This document shows positions 39,070 to 52,385 of a DNA stretch of 64,000 bases, one piece after another (within the stretch, counting starts at the first letter, position 1; each line of letters starts with the position of its first letter). This stretch comes from Eledone cirrhosa (lineage: Eukaryota). Under the pieces are notes generated by a model, which had not been told where the DNA came from, searched no databases, and saw nothing but the letters and a program-made list of their open reading frames with translations. Where the stretch lies: contig OZ024742.1 of NCBI GenBank assembly GCA_964016885.1, positions 57,226,001-57,290,000 on the forward strand. Direction: 5' to 3'. Made by a program: the position numbers and the translations under genes.

Positions 39070-39132
39070 ATTTTATCTGATGAAAGCGCACCATAATTTG
39101 CTTTGGTGTCCTTGAAATATGTATAATGAAAT
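39070..39132 (+). ncRNA. Type I hammerhead (F10), inverted copy
   Basis: Same fold as 36850-36912. Confidence 0.8.
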
Positions 39133-39171
39133 AAATATGGTTTTATAAATATAGTTTCCATTTATTAATAT

Positions 39172-39244
<73 letters not shown>

Positions 39245-39291
39245 AAGTGAAGTAAATGCCTTAGTACAGTAAGATATGTTTAAAAAAGAGA

Positions 39292-39588
39292 AGAGAAGAA
39301 TTACTTCCCTGGTGGTTGATGTCCTTTAATAATTCAAATCTTTACAGTAAGTTGTGTTTTATATTAGTTCTGGAAAGTTATTGTTAACTTTGGTGGAGAA
39401 ATATAAGTCCTTTTTAACTTTCTGAGGAATACTAGGAGGTTCCCCAGAAAGTTAACAAGGACTTAAAGTTCTCCACCAAAGTTAACAAGGATTTAAAATT
39501 CTCCACCGAAGTTAATAAGGACTTACCAGGACTAATATCAACAATGACTTACTGTAAAAACTAATCTCCAGTGAAATCATTCTTCTCT
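39292..39588. mobile_element. Degenerate foldback MITE-like element
   Basis: AGAGAAGAAT.../...ATTCTTCTCT ends. TTTACAGTAAGT/ACTTACTGTAAA and GTTAACTTTGGTGGAGAA/TTCTCCACCAAAGTTAAC pairs. Internal 30-bp tandem repeats. Confidence 0.6.
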
Positions 39589-39953
39589 TTATTTTCAAAT
39601 ATATATAAATATTCTTTTATTCTTTTACCGGTTTCAGACGTTCGACTCCCTATGCTGGAAGACCACCTGATTTAGTCAATCACGTTTACGCCAGTATATA
39701 TTCTGGAAATCTGGTACATACTTCATCGACTTATCTTCTTGAACCGCTAATTCGTGTTCTACGGAAATCAATAGTTCCACCGCTGTTCATATATTTCATA
39801 TATTCAATAGATTTAAATTAATCAGTAGTTTATACTACTTTTTAAATGGCAATATTGATGAGAACAAATTTGTTCATGTGAACAATATTGATTTTGAATG
39901 CCAAACGATTAAGTTATTTTAGGCCATATCAACGCTTAGAGATTATATATATA

Positions 39954-40043
<90 letters not shown>

Positions 40044-40310
40044 TTATATATATATATTAGTTATGCATCGAAGCTAAAGCTGCCACAGGACAGATACCAA
40101 TCGAATTATTTGAGGCAGTCACAAAACACTCAATGTTGTGAAAAGGAAATAACATTTCTCAATCGGAATTAACATATTAAGTTATATAAGAGTAACACAA
40201 TGACTATATTGACTAGGTGTGTGTAGCCATAGTATATAACCACAACAATGACAAATACCAACAGGTAAATTACTACCCTGGACAGATTCGGTGTCTATAA
40301 CTCCGAGAAA

Positions 40311-40345
<35 letters not shown>

Positions 40346-40350
<5 letters not shown>

Positions 40351-40524
40351 GAGGAGAAAGTCGATTAAGTCGACCACGTAAGGATGGAAGGCAAAGCTAA
40401 CCTCGGCGGGATTTGAACTCAGAACGCAAAAGGCCATAAACTCTATGCCGCAAATCATGTTGTTCGACGCTCTACAAAGACTGCTTATCCACCACATTAA
40501 CATTATATATATATATACATACAA

Positions 40525-40619
<95 letters not shown>

Positions 40620-40838
40620 TGTGTTTGTATGTATATATATATATAATGTTAATGTGGTGGATAAGCAGTCTCTGTAGAGCGTCGAACAACATGATTTGCG
40701 GCATAGAGTTTATGGCCTTTTACGTTCTGAGTTCAAATCCCGCCGAGATTAGCTTTGCCTTCCATCCTTACGTGGTCGACTTAATCGACTTTCTCCTCCC
40801 CTAAAATTGCTAGCCTTGTGCCTAAATCGAACCATTAT
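40346..40838. repeat. Two SINE copies as a near-perfect palindrome around (CA)n(TA)n(TG)n
   Basis: 40346-~40545 is the reverse complement of ~40595-40801 with about 3 mismatches. B-box GAGTTCAAATCC. Confidence 0.9.
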
Positions 40839-41500
40839 ATATGTGTGTGTGTGCGTGTGTTTGTGTTTTAAAAATATATATTATGGTACTGATTTACGCA
40901 CACGGCTAGCTATTTTAGGAGAGAGTAAAGTCGATTAAATCGACGCAGAGCATTACTGGTGCTTTATTTTGTATTCTCCTTTATTTCTAATCAGTTCAAT
41001 TTAGAAACGCTTTCTATCAGATTCAGATTGATACCCAATTCATCAAGCTTTCATAATAATTAAATTAGTATTCAAAAGTTGAATATTTCGTTTTTTGATG
41101 CACATCTTTCCGCAGCAGTTATAAAACAAAATATCACGTTCAACCTGTCTGAAAACTTCGTCTGTGGAATACTTAACCACTTACAGTTTAATTTAATTTG
41201 TAGCTAGTTCAACTAACCTAATAACTAGAATACCCTTCGTTGAATTCGACAGAGAATCAGTTCACTTTATAGTAATATATGCTTATGTATAAACAATGTT
41301 TGTAGATAGACTGAGAGAAAGATACATGGATAGACTGACAGATAGATTGAAATGTAAACTCTCCGGTAGATATATAGATGGATGGATGAAATGGCAGATA
41401 GATAGACAGACAGATAGACACATAGATTCATGGATAGACTAGCAGATAAATAAAGAGGGGATAGAGATGCCGATATAGATATATAGATAGATAGATAGAT

Positions 41501-44500
41501 AACTTTCTGTTTATTTGCCACCAGGGCATAAAAGATTGGGACAAATACAAAGGGGGAAGTTTACATACAATAAAACGAGTACAAAAATAAAACAAACAAA
41601 ATAAAACAATCGAAGTCCTCAATAGGGAGGGGGCATTTTGGGGGTCGCACACACACCCGAAAAAATGTGCAACCCTTCTCCTCGGGAGCACAAAGAGAGG
41701 GTGCTCCCTTCTTCTCCTATTCTTTCCACCTACAGGCTGATGTAGAGAGAAGGCCCATTCACACGGGCCATTCTCGCCACTTTCACCCACCTTTCATAAA
41801 ACTGGCTGGGGGTGGAGTACCTCTCTCTCTATCCTGATCCTTCTTCCGAAATGATATCGAACAGGCTGGCCAGTTCTTCCTCCTCCATGCCTAGGGCTTC
41901 TCCGGGGGCGTCGTCGCACCTGCTGCTGACCAACCCTCTATAGAATATCGAAGTGGAGTCTCCACTGATAGCTGGGTCCGCCTGCCAGAGAGCCGTGAGC
42001 GCCTGAGCACACTCCGTGTGCCAGGCGCCCAGTTTTCTCGGTCTTTGCTTGACCCAGGATTGCAGCTCGGTAAGCGAGACGAGTCTCGGAAAGGCTCGCC
42101 TCACAAACAGGGCCCACACCGGTTGACCGGTGAGAATTACCTGCAGGTGACGTAGCCTTAGTGCGTATCTGCGCATCTTCAGCCACGGCATCCCCAGCCA
42201 TCCTTTCGAAGGGTGTTGACAGCAGATGGATCTCCTCACCAAAGGAGCCCGCTTCATCCAAAGAAATTGGAAGAGTGCGCGCTCCATTTTGGTAAGCGTT
42301 TCACCTGGGCAAGGCACGGCAGTGACGGACGCTATATAAGCGTTCGCCACCTCCGCGCGACCTTTCAGGGATAGTTTGCACTCGGCCCACTTCTGGGCCA
42401 GTGCAAACACCCTGTTCGTTACCTCACCCCAGTTCTTCTCCACCTGGAGGTCTGGTCCGAACCAAACCCCGAGCAGCTTCACCGGGCCCTCCGTCCAGCG
42501 TCCGACGACGCTGTCGGAGGGCATCGGTTTGCTCCTCCACGCTCCGAGTTGCAAACCGACGGACTTGTCCCGGTTCAGCTTCGCCCCTGTAAACCTTTCG
42601 TATTCCTTCAGTAAAGTGCCGATCGCCCCGATTTCCGAGGTACTCGACACCATTACTGTCACGTCATCGGCGTAGGCCGACACCGCTTTCTGCAATCCCG
42701 GTTCCAGGGGGATGCTCTGCAACAACTCCAACTTCCGCAGCAGTGGCTCGAGAGCCAGCACATACAGAAGGGAGGAGAGAGGGAACCCCTGTCGGATGGA
42801 CCGCGCGATTTGGAACGGTTCCAAGAGGTAGCCGTTCACCTTAACCCTCGAGCAGATGTGGCTACTGTGCATGGCAGTAATCCAGCCCCTGAAAACGGTT
42901 CCGGAACCTGCCGCCGCTAGCACCGCATCCAGGTAACTATGGTCGACCCTATCGAACGCCTTAGATTGATCCAAGTTGATCATGGCCCCACCAAAGCCGG
43001 GTTCATTCCCTACCCTCTCTATGATGTATCGCATGAGGTGGATGTTGTCGTGAATGGACCTGGACGGGATAGCGTATGTCTGCGCATCTCCAACCAGGTT
43101 GCCCACGACAAGCGCCAACCATCTTTGCTAACACCTTGGCCAAAATCTTTAACTCCACATTTAGCAGAGTTATGGGCCTGAAATTACTTATTTCATCCCC
43201 CTTGTTCTCGTCCTTCCTCACTAGCGAGACTACGCCCTTGGTCACAGAACAGGGAATTCTCCCGTTCTGTTGCCAGTTGCAGTAGACCGCCTCGAGGAGA
43301 TCGGAGAAAAAGTCCCGCATCGCTACATAAAGTTCGTATGGAAGACCATCGAGACCCGTGGATTTGCGTTTGCCGCATTGGCTCAGCACGTCCCCTATTT
43401 CAGCAGCTGAAATCGGCCTTTCGCAGGACTTCGCCTCCTCGCTCGAAAGACGCAGTAGGCCGTCGAGGTATGGACCGAAAAGCTAACAGCTTTGGCCCCC
43501 TCGTTTCCTAGAGCACGTATTTTGCTTCTGACAACGCAGCCTTCGTGCTTCGCGTCGAAAAACTGGTCTAAGCCCGTTCTCGATGCTAGCACTCTTGGCT
43601 ACGTTGCCGCTTCCAATCGCCTCTTCTATCTACCAACTCCCTTTCCTTCCTATTCCTATCTGAGGCTAATTCCTTACTAAAACCTATCGAGACTACTCTA
43701 ATCTCTCTCTTGAGAGAGCCCCACCACCTGCTGTTGACGATAGCTCCCGTCAACCGTTCCTTAACTAAAGCGCTAATCCGATCCCTGTAAGCTTTACTTG
43801 CCGGTAAGGACAAGTTCAGCTTCCAGTAACCGGGTCCCTGTCTATGCGTCCTATCAAGGTTGACTAAGCAGGTCACTAATTTGTGATCGGAATAGCCAAC
43901 CATGCGCATCTCTGGACAACTTAGTAGGTCCCTATCCTTATTTCTAACTATGACCCTTTCTAGGTACGACCTAGATGATCCGCTGGGGTTAGTCCAAGTC
44001 CAGGCCGGCGCAGTCGGAAAATCTAGTCGATATCTATCGGCCAGATCAAATCGGCCGATTAACCGTTTGAGGCTGTTACACCCCCCCCCCCTCTATCGGG
44101 ACATGCCTCTACATAGTCCCAACGGGCATCTGGGATACCATTCCAGTCCCCCACTAAAAGCAAGGGGCGGGACGTCCCTAGAAAAGTCTCCAGACGTTGG
44201 AAGAAGTCCGGCCTCGTTGCCCCAAAAGGGGCATAGCGGCGACCAGCCTAAAGGCTCCACCTTCACCACTGCCAGCGTCTAGTACCACCAGTCGACCCTC
44301 CGGGTCCAAGTGCACCGTCTGCGTTGCAAGGCCCAAGTGTTTTTGCAGCAGAACGACAACCCCACCCCCACCACCTGGCTGACAGAGAGATGCAGAGATC
44401 TCAAAGTCGTTAAAGGTGGGGGCTAGCTGGCGTTCGCTGCTGACCCTGGACTCGCAAATAGCCATGACATTTATACTGCGCGACCAGAAGTCATTTAGAA

Positions 44501-46765
44501 GTTTTGCCTGCTTCCAAGGAGAGCTCAGGCCACGCGCCTTCAAACATCTTACTCTCAATACAGCCATGTTGGCGGCGAAGGGGAAGAAAAAGAAAAGGCA
44601 CCTACCTCCTTACGTCCCGGGGACCGGGCTGCACAACTTCCATGGAGGTGAGGTAGGGGTTGTTGGGTGAGGTGGTGGTTTGTGGTGGTGTGGGGACTTG
44701 AGAGTGTGGTGGGGTTGGGGTGTTTGGTGTGGTGAAGGTGTCTGAGGTGGGGGTGGGGAAATTTTTCAAGAAGACGCGGTTCATTGGTTTTGCACAGTAG
44801 GGGGGGAACGTCCTCAGGAAAATTGTCTTTTAGTTCTATATAAATGTCTATCGGAGTTTTAATCATTTTTAAAGAGGGGTTCTCTGTGTCCCTCGTGAAA
44901 TTTGGCCCTTCGGTTTGCACCGAAGGATTTTGTTCAATTTTGTTTACAAGTTTTATATTTTTTGTGTTGAAGTATGTGTATAGCTGTGTCTGTGTAATTT
45001 TTGTTGGTTTTTGTTCTGTATTTTTTTGTGTTTTGTTTTGGGGAGGGGTTATTTTTCTTTGTGTGGGTGCGGTGTGTTTTCATTTTTTTCGCTTTATTTT
45101 TTGGAAGGGCTCCCCCTCGTCTTCTGACGTTAAGGGATCCTCTTCCATGTTGGAGGGGAGGGGTATATTTTGGGGTTTTGTTATGTACGTTGTTGGAGTT
45201 GTTTTAGGTGGGAAGGGGTTGGGTGGGACCGTGTTCAGTTTTTTGTTGACTTGTTGTGTTTGTTGTTTTGGGGGTGCTGGTGGTGGTGGTGATTGTGTTT
45301 TTGTTTGTGGAGTTGTTTTGGGTGTGGAGGGGTTGGGTGGGTCCGTGTTCAGTTTTTTGTTGACTTGCGTTTGTTCTTGTTGTGGTGGTGGTGGTGGTGG
45401 TGTTGTTTTTGGAGGTGTTGGGAGTTAAGGTTTTTTAGTTTGTTGAGGACAGGCAGCCCTCAGGTGACCTCTGCCTCCACAGAGGTAGCAAGTGGGCCGC
45501 CTACCCTCAACTGCAATGTTCATAAATTGGGAGCCTTCCAGGGACACTCTTTGGGGTATCTTTGCGATACGTTCTGGTTTCATTCGAACCAGAACCTGTA
45601 TGCATATACCGTCAAAGTGGCCCCTGGTGGCTTTGCATATATCAAGGAGTTCATCTTCGTCGTCCAGTATCCCTCCTAGTATTCACCACATATTTGTATT
45701 TGGGTGTATACCGGAGATTGTTATTTTTTTAGTTTTATTCCCCATATAGGTGGAGAAGAAAGAGTACTGTTTAGACACAATTGGCGACACCGAGTATTTT
45801 TGGGCCACCAATTGGTCCTTCATCAAAATTATCAGACTCCCATATAACTTCCCTCTCTCAATAAAAATCATATCCTTCAACGCGTCTTTTAACACCAGCT
45901 CAATTTCGCTATGCGATAATTGAGCTGGTTTTTTCGACGCATTTGATATAGTTCTAAAATTAATTGTCCTTAGGACCGTGTCTCTTTTAATATCCTTAGG
46001 GGAAATTATGGTGAATTCACCCTTTTCACCAAAGCTCACCTGTTTTATCCCCTCTTTTAGCAATTCCGCTGCATTACTGATGTCAACTGGGGTGAAAGTT
46101 TCGGTCTCCTTAACGACCTGAGCAAAGGATATTCGTGTAGTGAGGTCTTCTTTTGTGTTTCGTTGCTGTTGTTCTTGTTTTCTTGGGTGTTTGCGTTTTG
46201 TTGTTGTTGTTGTTACAGTTGTGGTACAGTTTTTTGGGGTTTTCACCCATTTTTTCGGGTTTCGCGTTCACATTTATGTTGTTTTCTTTGTCATTGTTGC
46301 TGCTGTTTTCGCTTTTGTGTGTGTTTGTGTTATTTTCTTTGTTATTTGTGTTGGTGTTGTAGGTGTCAGTGTAATTTATACATTCTTTCAATTTACTGTT
46401 ACCATTGTTTGGGTTATTACTCAAGTTTTTACAATCGTTCGCCAAATCCGCTTCCATACTCGCATGCGAAAGCGAGAGAAGGGAAGCTTCAGTAAGTTGA
46501 GTTACTTGTTCCTCTTTATCACTTTCCCTGGGGGGCGTGGCAGTGATGTTTTCATGTATGGTGTCCATTATTGTAAGTTGGTATACAATTTTTCAAAGTA
46601 GTTTTTACCCCCAAAAAGGGGTAAAAATAAAATAACCACCCGTCTGCAAGTCCAGGCGGGAGGTTAGGTCACACAAATAAAACAAAAGAAACACAAACTC
46701 ACAGTCAAAAACGTAATACAAATCCAAAAAGGCTGCAGCTGAAGTAACACACGTCTACTATTAAC
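41501..46765 (-). mobile_element. Tx1/L1-clade LINE, copy C (closer to A), with internal deletions
   Basis: ORF1 pieces 44602-46568. ORF2 41730-44567 with DQSKAFDRVDH and YADD. Deletions near 41857 and 43480. (GATA)n at both junctions. Confidence 0.93.
41730..44567 (-). pseudogene. ORF2 (APE-RT) of copy C, disrupted
   Basis: ORF pieces 44178-44567, 43586-43909, 43003-43389 and 41829-43118. Confidence 0.9.
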
Positions 46766-47831
46766 GATATATAGATAGATAGATGTGTTTTACACTATTT
46801 CATAATTGTCTCATAAAGACAGGTTAAATGGGATTTGTTTTTGCAAAAGAAACTATTAATGAAGGATAACTTGTTGCAATATTTAATTAATACTGGAATT
46901 TCGGCAACACTGTGCCGTTCACTTCATCGTGAGAGGAATTACTACGACTTTTAATCAAAACAAAAAGCTTAGCAATTAAAACTTTAGAAATAACCATTAG
47001 CTGATTAGTTTTTGGGAAAGATATGTGATCGTTAAATTTAAGTGCTGCGCACTCGAAATAATGGTACTATTAATGAAAATGTGTTTTGCCAGTAAATAAA
47101 ATGACCTTCAAGCGATGGTTATTCATTTAATATTTCGTTTTATTGCTGTAATAGAAGATGGTGAAATATAGAGAGGGATAAGAGGTGGTGGGTTATGTAA
47201 AATGTTGTAGCCTTGTGGTGCGTGGCGAAGAGGTTGAGAGGGGGTAGAGCCAGAGTGAAACAGTGAGAGAGAGGATTGAGTAGTAAATAATAAAAAAAAA
47301 TGAGAAATAGTAAGAATTAGAAGGAAAAATAAAAAGACAGAACGATGGACAAAAATAAGCAAATATATAGAAAGAGAGAAATGAAGGAAAGAACAAATAT
47401 ATTTAAAAAGAATAAGAAAGAAAATGTTAACAAGGAAAAACAAAGGAATTAAAAATAAATGGATAAAAAGGTCAGATAAAAGTTAATAAACAGGGAATGA
47501 ATTATATTGTGTGGATAAAGATATGAAAAAAGGAATGAATGAATGGAACCGTGAAGGAGTAAGAAGATTAGAATATTAGATAAAACTTTATTAAAAAAAA
47601 ACATGAAGTAAATGTTTAAAAAATACACGAGAACAAACACAGAGGAAAAATAAAAAGCAAATGAAAAATATTTTTTAAACTTTTATAAGTATTCTAATGT
47701 TGCCAAGTGCCTGCTGTTGTCGCTGTTGTTGTACTGCTGTTGTTGTTGTTAATGTTGTTCCGCTGTTGTTGCAGTTGTTGATATTGATAATAATAATTTT
47801 TTCTATTTGTTGTCACAAGACCAGCAATTAT

Positions 47832-47987
47832 CCCAGTGTATTACTGGTACTTTATTTTATTGACCCCGTAAGGATGAAAGGCAAAGTTAACCTCGGCGGG
47901 ATTTGAACTCAGTCCGTAAAGGGAAGTAACTCTTTGCTGCAAAGCATGGCGTCCGACCCTCTACCGATACTGCCAATCCACCCCCCT
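47832..47987 (-). mobile_element. tRNA-derived SINE
   Basis: GGATGAAAGGCAAAGTTAACCTCGGCGGGATTTGAACTC. Confidence 0.8.
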
Positions 47988-48244
47988 TGATGATAATAAT
48001 AATGATGAGGATGAGGATGATAAGGAAGATGAGGAGGAGGATGTCGTTATTTAACCCCAGGTCAGCTCTGAGATCAACCAAACCTATAACTAAAAGTCTT
48101 TCAGCAATCACCATTGTCTTTTTAAAAAATACAATAACCATTTGAATCTTACCATTTTAATATAGATCGTTTTCATTTGAGGGAGATTGGCTGCTATTCC
48201 TAGCAGTGATATTACATAAAGGCTTGCTATGATGGCTAGGCGTT

Positions 48245-48575
48245 AGTGATGGTGTCTGTGTTAGTGTTGTTGGTGGTTTTAGTGTTGGTGTTGGTGTTGG
48301 TGCTGGTGCTGGTGTTGGTGTTGGTATTGGTGTTGATGTTGATGTTGGTGCTGGTATTGATGTTGATGTTGTTTGTGTTGGTTTTGGTATTTGTAATGGC
48401 GTTATTGTTGGTGGTGCTAGTGTCGTTGGTGTTGGTGTTGGTGTTGGTGTTGATATTGATGATGATGAAGGTATAAGTGTTGTTGGTGTTGGTGTCGGTG
48501 TTGGTGTTGGAGTTCGTGTTGGTAATGGTGTCGGTGTTGGTGTTGCAGTTGGTGTAGCTGTTCGTAGTGTTTTTG
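48245..48575. repeat. Degenerate (GTTGGT)n simple repeat
   Basis: Direct inspection. Confidence 0.85.
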
Positions 48576-48912
48576 TAACTGTTTCCTATGGCTGACTTTT
48601 AAACCAAGTCCATCTAAACTATGACTATTTTTCACTATTGATTTGTTATATATTTAGGAGTACATTATATCAAGTGCCCTTCTATTTTTCTTTTTTTAAG
48701 ACGGTAGGGAATGATTTGAGGAAGATTTGGTTGTTAATTTCAGCTGGTCGATCGGCTGCGTATGCGTAAATCTTCCTTGGCTGGTTTGTAACACATCAAG
48801 TAATTTGTTAATCAGTAGGAATAAAAATTCTTTGCGTTGGCATCAGGCCATATATTTGAGTGAGGCCCAGTGGGGTGTAGAAAGTTGATTAAATCGATAC
48901 TAGCACATGATG

Positions 48913-49028
<116 letters not shown>

Positions 49029-49090
49029 TTATTTATTTATTTATTTATTTATATATATATACATATATATATATATACATATACATATAC

Positions 49091-49164
<74 letters not shown>

Positions 49165-49312
49165 TAGAATTGGTGCTCTGAAATAACTATATATATAGTG
49201 TATTTTGCAATACACTGTATGCTTAATTGAAACCATTTCGAAGACCTTACGCTATTGTTTTAGAGTAGTGACAGACTCACTTACTTTAATTTTCAGCAAA
49301 CAGGGGAGATAA

Positions 49313-49357
49313 AGCTGACGGAGTTCTGTTTCGTACTTTTTGGTACTTATCAAAGCT
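49313..49357 (-). ncRNA. Hammerhead, U3-A8 variant (F2)
   Basis: AGCT-TTGATAA-GTAC-caaaaa-GTAC-GAAA-CAGAACTCC-GTC^-AGCT. Stem II GTAC/GTAC covaries with GCAT/ATGC. Confidence 0.75.
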
Positions 49358-49658
49358 AAGTACTCCACCTGTTTGCTGAAAATCATGAATGATTGATTCT
49401 TATAGAATTCTAGTAATAATCAGGAACTGATTATACAGAGCGGTTGCCGGTCAAGCAGAAATTAAAAATTAGAATTGGTGCTCTGAAATAGCGATATATA
49501 TATGAATGTATATATAGTGTATTTTGTAATACACTGTATGCTTAATTAAAAGGATTTCTGCTTGACCGGCGACCGCTCTGTATAATCAGTTCCTGATTAT
49601 TACTAGAATTCTATAAGAATCAAACATTCATGATTTTCAGCAAACAGGTGGAGTAGTT

Positions 49659-49703
49659 AGCTTTGATAAGTACTAAAAAGTTTGAAACAGAGCTCTGTCA
49701 GCT
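49659..49703 (+). ncRNA. Hammerhead, U3-A8 variant (F2), damaged stem II
   Basis: AGCT-TTGATAA-gtactaaaaagttt-GAAA-CAGAGCTCT-GTC^-AGCT. Confidence 0.68.
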
Positions 49704-49857
49704 TTATCTCCCCTGTTTGCTGAAAATTTAAATTAAGTGAGACTGTCACTACTCTAAAACAATAGCGTAAGGTCTTCGAAATGCTTTTAATTAAGCATAC
49801 AGTGTATTGCAAAATACACTATATATACATTCATATATATATATATATATAAATATT

Positions 49858-50540
49858 CTAGGGCGGGTAATACATAAATATTCTAGGGCTCCCACAGGAG
49901 CACTGACTGCAATGTCAACTCTGGATGTCGGTGAGCATGTCCAGCTAACCTCAGTCTCCTCTGTGTTACATTTGAGCTGACTTTTGGGAGGCTCCCATAC
50001 AGCTCTGAGTTTTTCATCCTCAGTGTATACTGATTAATGTTCAGAGCCATCCTCAGCATTCTCGTGTAGCACCCATCCACCATCTGAGCAGGAGAGTTAA
50101 GCCGAAAAAGATATCAGAATGCTGAATTTGCCGACGACATGGTTTTGGTGACAAATACAGTGAAGGAGGCAGAGGATTTGATGCAGGAGTTTGAGACTGT
50201 GTCGATGAGTGTGGGGCTGAGAATGAATGAGACTAAAACAAAATATCTGGTAGAGAATGTTGAGAAGCCAGAGGGGATCACTAATGTAGGCGGGAAGCCG
50301 CTAGAATTGGTTGAGGACTTCCTGTATTTGGAAGCAAAGATTGGGAATACGGAAGATGATGTGGTTGAGAGGAATAGCAAAGCCTGGGTGGCGTGCCACA
50401 GCTGAGATCGGTGTGGAAGTCGGACCTTCGTAAAGACCTGAAAATCCGCCTCTTCATTGCTGTAGTGGAGTCTGTGGTGCTGTGGCTTGGACACTGACCA
50501 AGAAACTCACTCAGATGGTGGATGGGTGCTACATGAGAAT
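49858..50540. mobile_element. RTE-clade LINE fragment with 5' inversion (twin-priming type)
   Basis: Minus strand 49858-50087 encodes DGCYTRMLRMAL...RRLRLAGH. Plus strand ~50110-50540 encodes the upstream FADD...MNETKTKY...FLYL segment and ends with the same ~30 nt. Confidence 0.8.
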
Positions 50541-50727
50541 ATATATATATATATATACATATATAATATATATATATATATATACATATATATATGTATA
50601 TATATATATATATATTATATATGTATATATATATATATATTCTCATGTAGCACCCATCCACCATCTGAGTGAGTTTCTTGGTCAGTGTCCAAGCCACAGC
50701 ACCACAGATATATAAATACATATATAT

Positions 50728-50806
<79 letters not shown>

Positions 50807-50807
<1 letters not shown>

Positions 50808-51375
50808 ATAATAATAAATTTGAAGACTAAAATCCAAAGAGGGCTCGATAAGGATAAATATATATCAAATATATAAGAACCGTAGAGCAAATATTTATTA
50901 AAATAACAGATTAAAGTTTAAGCAAAGAATCGCTGCTTTCACCCTTAACGGGATCTTCTGAAACTAACAAAGTCAATCTGTAAACGCAGAACTGGATATT
51001 TCAAAAAACGTTGCAACCGGAGGAAGACAGGAAGACGATACTTTGGTTCGTGGAAACGTTCGCTGGCAAAGAACGGGAAAAAACGAATAATACGTCATTA
51101 ATAGGAGCGGTGAAAAACAATTACGCACAAAGACAGAACCACGTTTATGGTATAAAAGAAGTCGTAGACTTATGTTCTCTTAGGTGGTGCATAGAGACGT
51201 TCTCTGGCAATGAACGAAAAAACGAAGATAATACGTCATATGTGGAGCGTGGAGAACAATAGCACGCCAAGACAAAACCACGTAAATGGTATAGCAGAAG
51301 TTGTAGACTAAAATTCTAACTAGGAGACCAAATGAATCTCCGCTATAGAGTTAAGAACAAAGTAAATAAATACAA
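50807..51375 (-). mobile_element. F6 element copy with an internal ~140-nt tandem duplication
   Basis: Nearly identical to 24548-24915. 51195-51310 repeats 51055-51170. Confidence 0.8.
50915..50965 (-). ncRNA. Hammerhead-like motif, U4A core (F6)
   Basis: Identical fold to 24656-24706. Confidence 0.6.
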
Positions 51376-51743
51376 TATATATATATATATATATATTTAT
51401 ATGAGACGGAAAAGCCTGCTGACTTCCATCATCAGGATTTATACACACTGCGAATGGTATGGAACTCTGTCGGTTTCTAAGATGAGTATTCCAGTTGTTC
51501 GATCAAAGTATGGCCTACTCATGATATGAACGTGTAGGTAGCTGAGTATTCTACAGGCACGTGTATCTTTAAAATAATTCTCAGGGAGATTCAGCAGAAA
51601 ATAACTGTAACAATAGCCAATCGCTATAAATAATAGTTTTAAAAAGTCGGGTAAAATATATTTGGGGACGGGAACAACAAAGCAAACAACACAATACAAT
51701 AAAGAAATATATTAGTTTAACGCTTGATATATTTGGAAAAGAA

Positions 51744-51779
51744 TCTTTACGTTTCAGACATTAGTCCTTCACCAGAAAA
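51744..51779 (-). ncRNA. Degenerate minimal hammerhead (F8)
   Basis: TTTT-CTGGTGA-a-GGAC-taat-GTCT-GAAA-C-GTA^-AAGA (A6G change). Confidence 0.5.
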
Positions 51780-51881
51780 ATAGAATGAGAAATAAAATAT
51801 GAAATAGAAAGAGAGAGAGTGAGAAGAGGAAGGAAAGGAAAAACAATTATTTTAGAAAAAGTATTCAGTTAACCATATATA

Positions 51882-51956
<75 letters not shown>

Positions 51957-52130
51957 ATATATATATATTGTTATACTTTGGGAGGGTCATGTTGCCAATA
52001 AGAAACACACGCACCAGTTGCTTTCACTTCAATTTATTATATATTTATAAATTTATAAATTTACAAATTTACAAACTTATAAATTTCTGGTTGGTTGGTT
52101 GGTTCCACAACCAGATAGTTGTTTATATAT

Positions 52131-52175
52131 AGTCATAGTCCTTTCGTCACACACTCTGTGACCTCTTCAGTGACT
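52131..52175 (-). ncRNA. Type I hammerhead (F3)
   Basis: AGTCA-CTGAAGA-g-GTCAC-agagtgt-GTGAC-GAAA-GGA-CTA^-TGACT. Confidence 0.75.
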
Positions 52176-52247
52176 GGGGATTCCTTTCTTTGTTTCTGTG
52201 CCTTTCCTTTCTTCTATCCTACGCCATTTTGTTTCATACAGAAACGA

Positions 52248-52334
<87 letters not shown>

Positions 52335-52385
52335 CATATATATATAAATAAAAAGTCAAATGTTTAAAATTTAGCTTCGTTTATT

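Larger units (their letters stand above)
36716..39178. mobile_element. Non-coding PLE-derived element (F10) with ~408-bp inverted repeats
   Basis: 36804-37211 is the near-perfect reverse complement of 38771-39178. The arm is homologous to the 3' end of the Naiad element at 61915-62110. (TA)n on both sides. Confidence 0.85.
49161..49835. mobile_element. F2 element: ~305-nt period partial tandem plus inverted copy, in (TA)n
   Basis: AAATTAGAATTGGTGCTCTG at 49161 and 49466. 49555-49835 is inverted. Confidence 0.88.

Noticed and set aside
39440-39530. Three ~30-bp repeats that might suggest a CRISPR-like array
   Set aside because: Contiguous tandem repeats without spacers inside a foldback element in eukaryotic DNA.
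48246-48635. Val/Leu-rich and His/Gln-rich ORFs
   Set aside because: Translation of a degenerate GTTGGT repeat.
51400-51445. Minus-strand CTGATGA plus a stem II-like hairpin
   Set aside because: Ends before any GAAA. Too incomplete to call.
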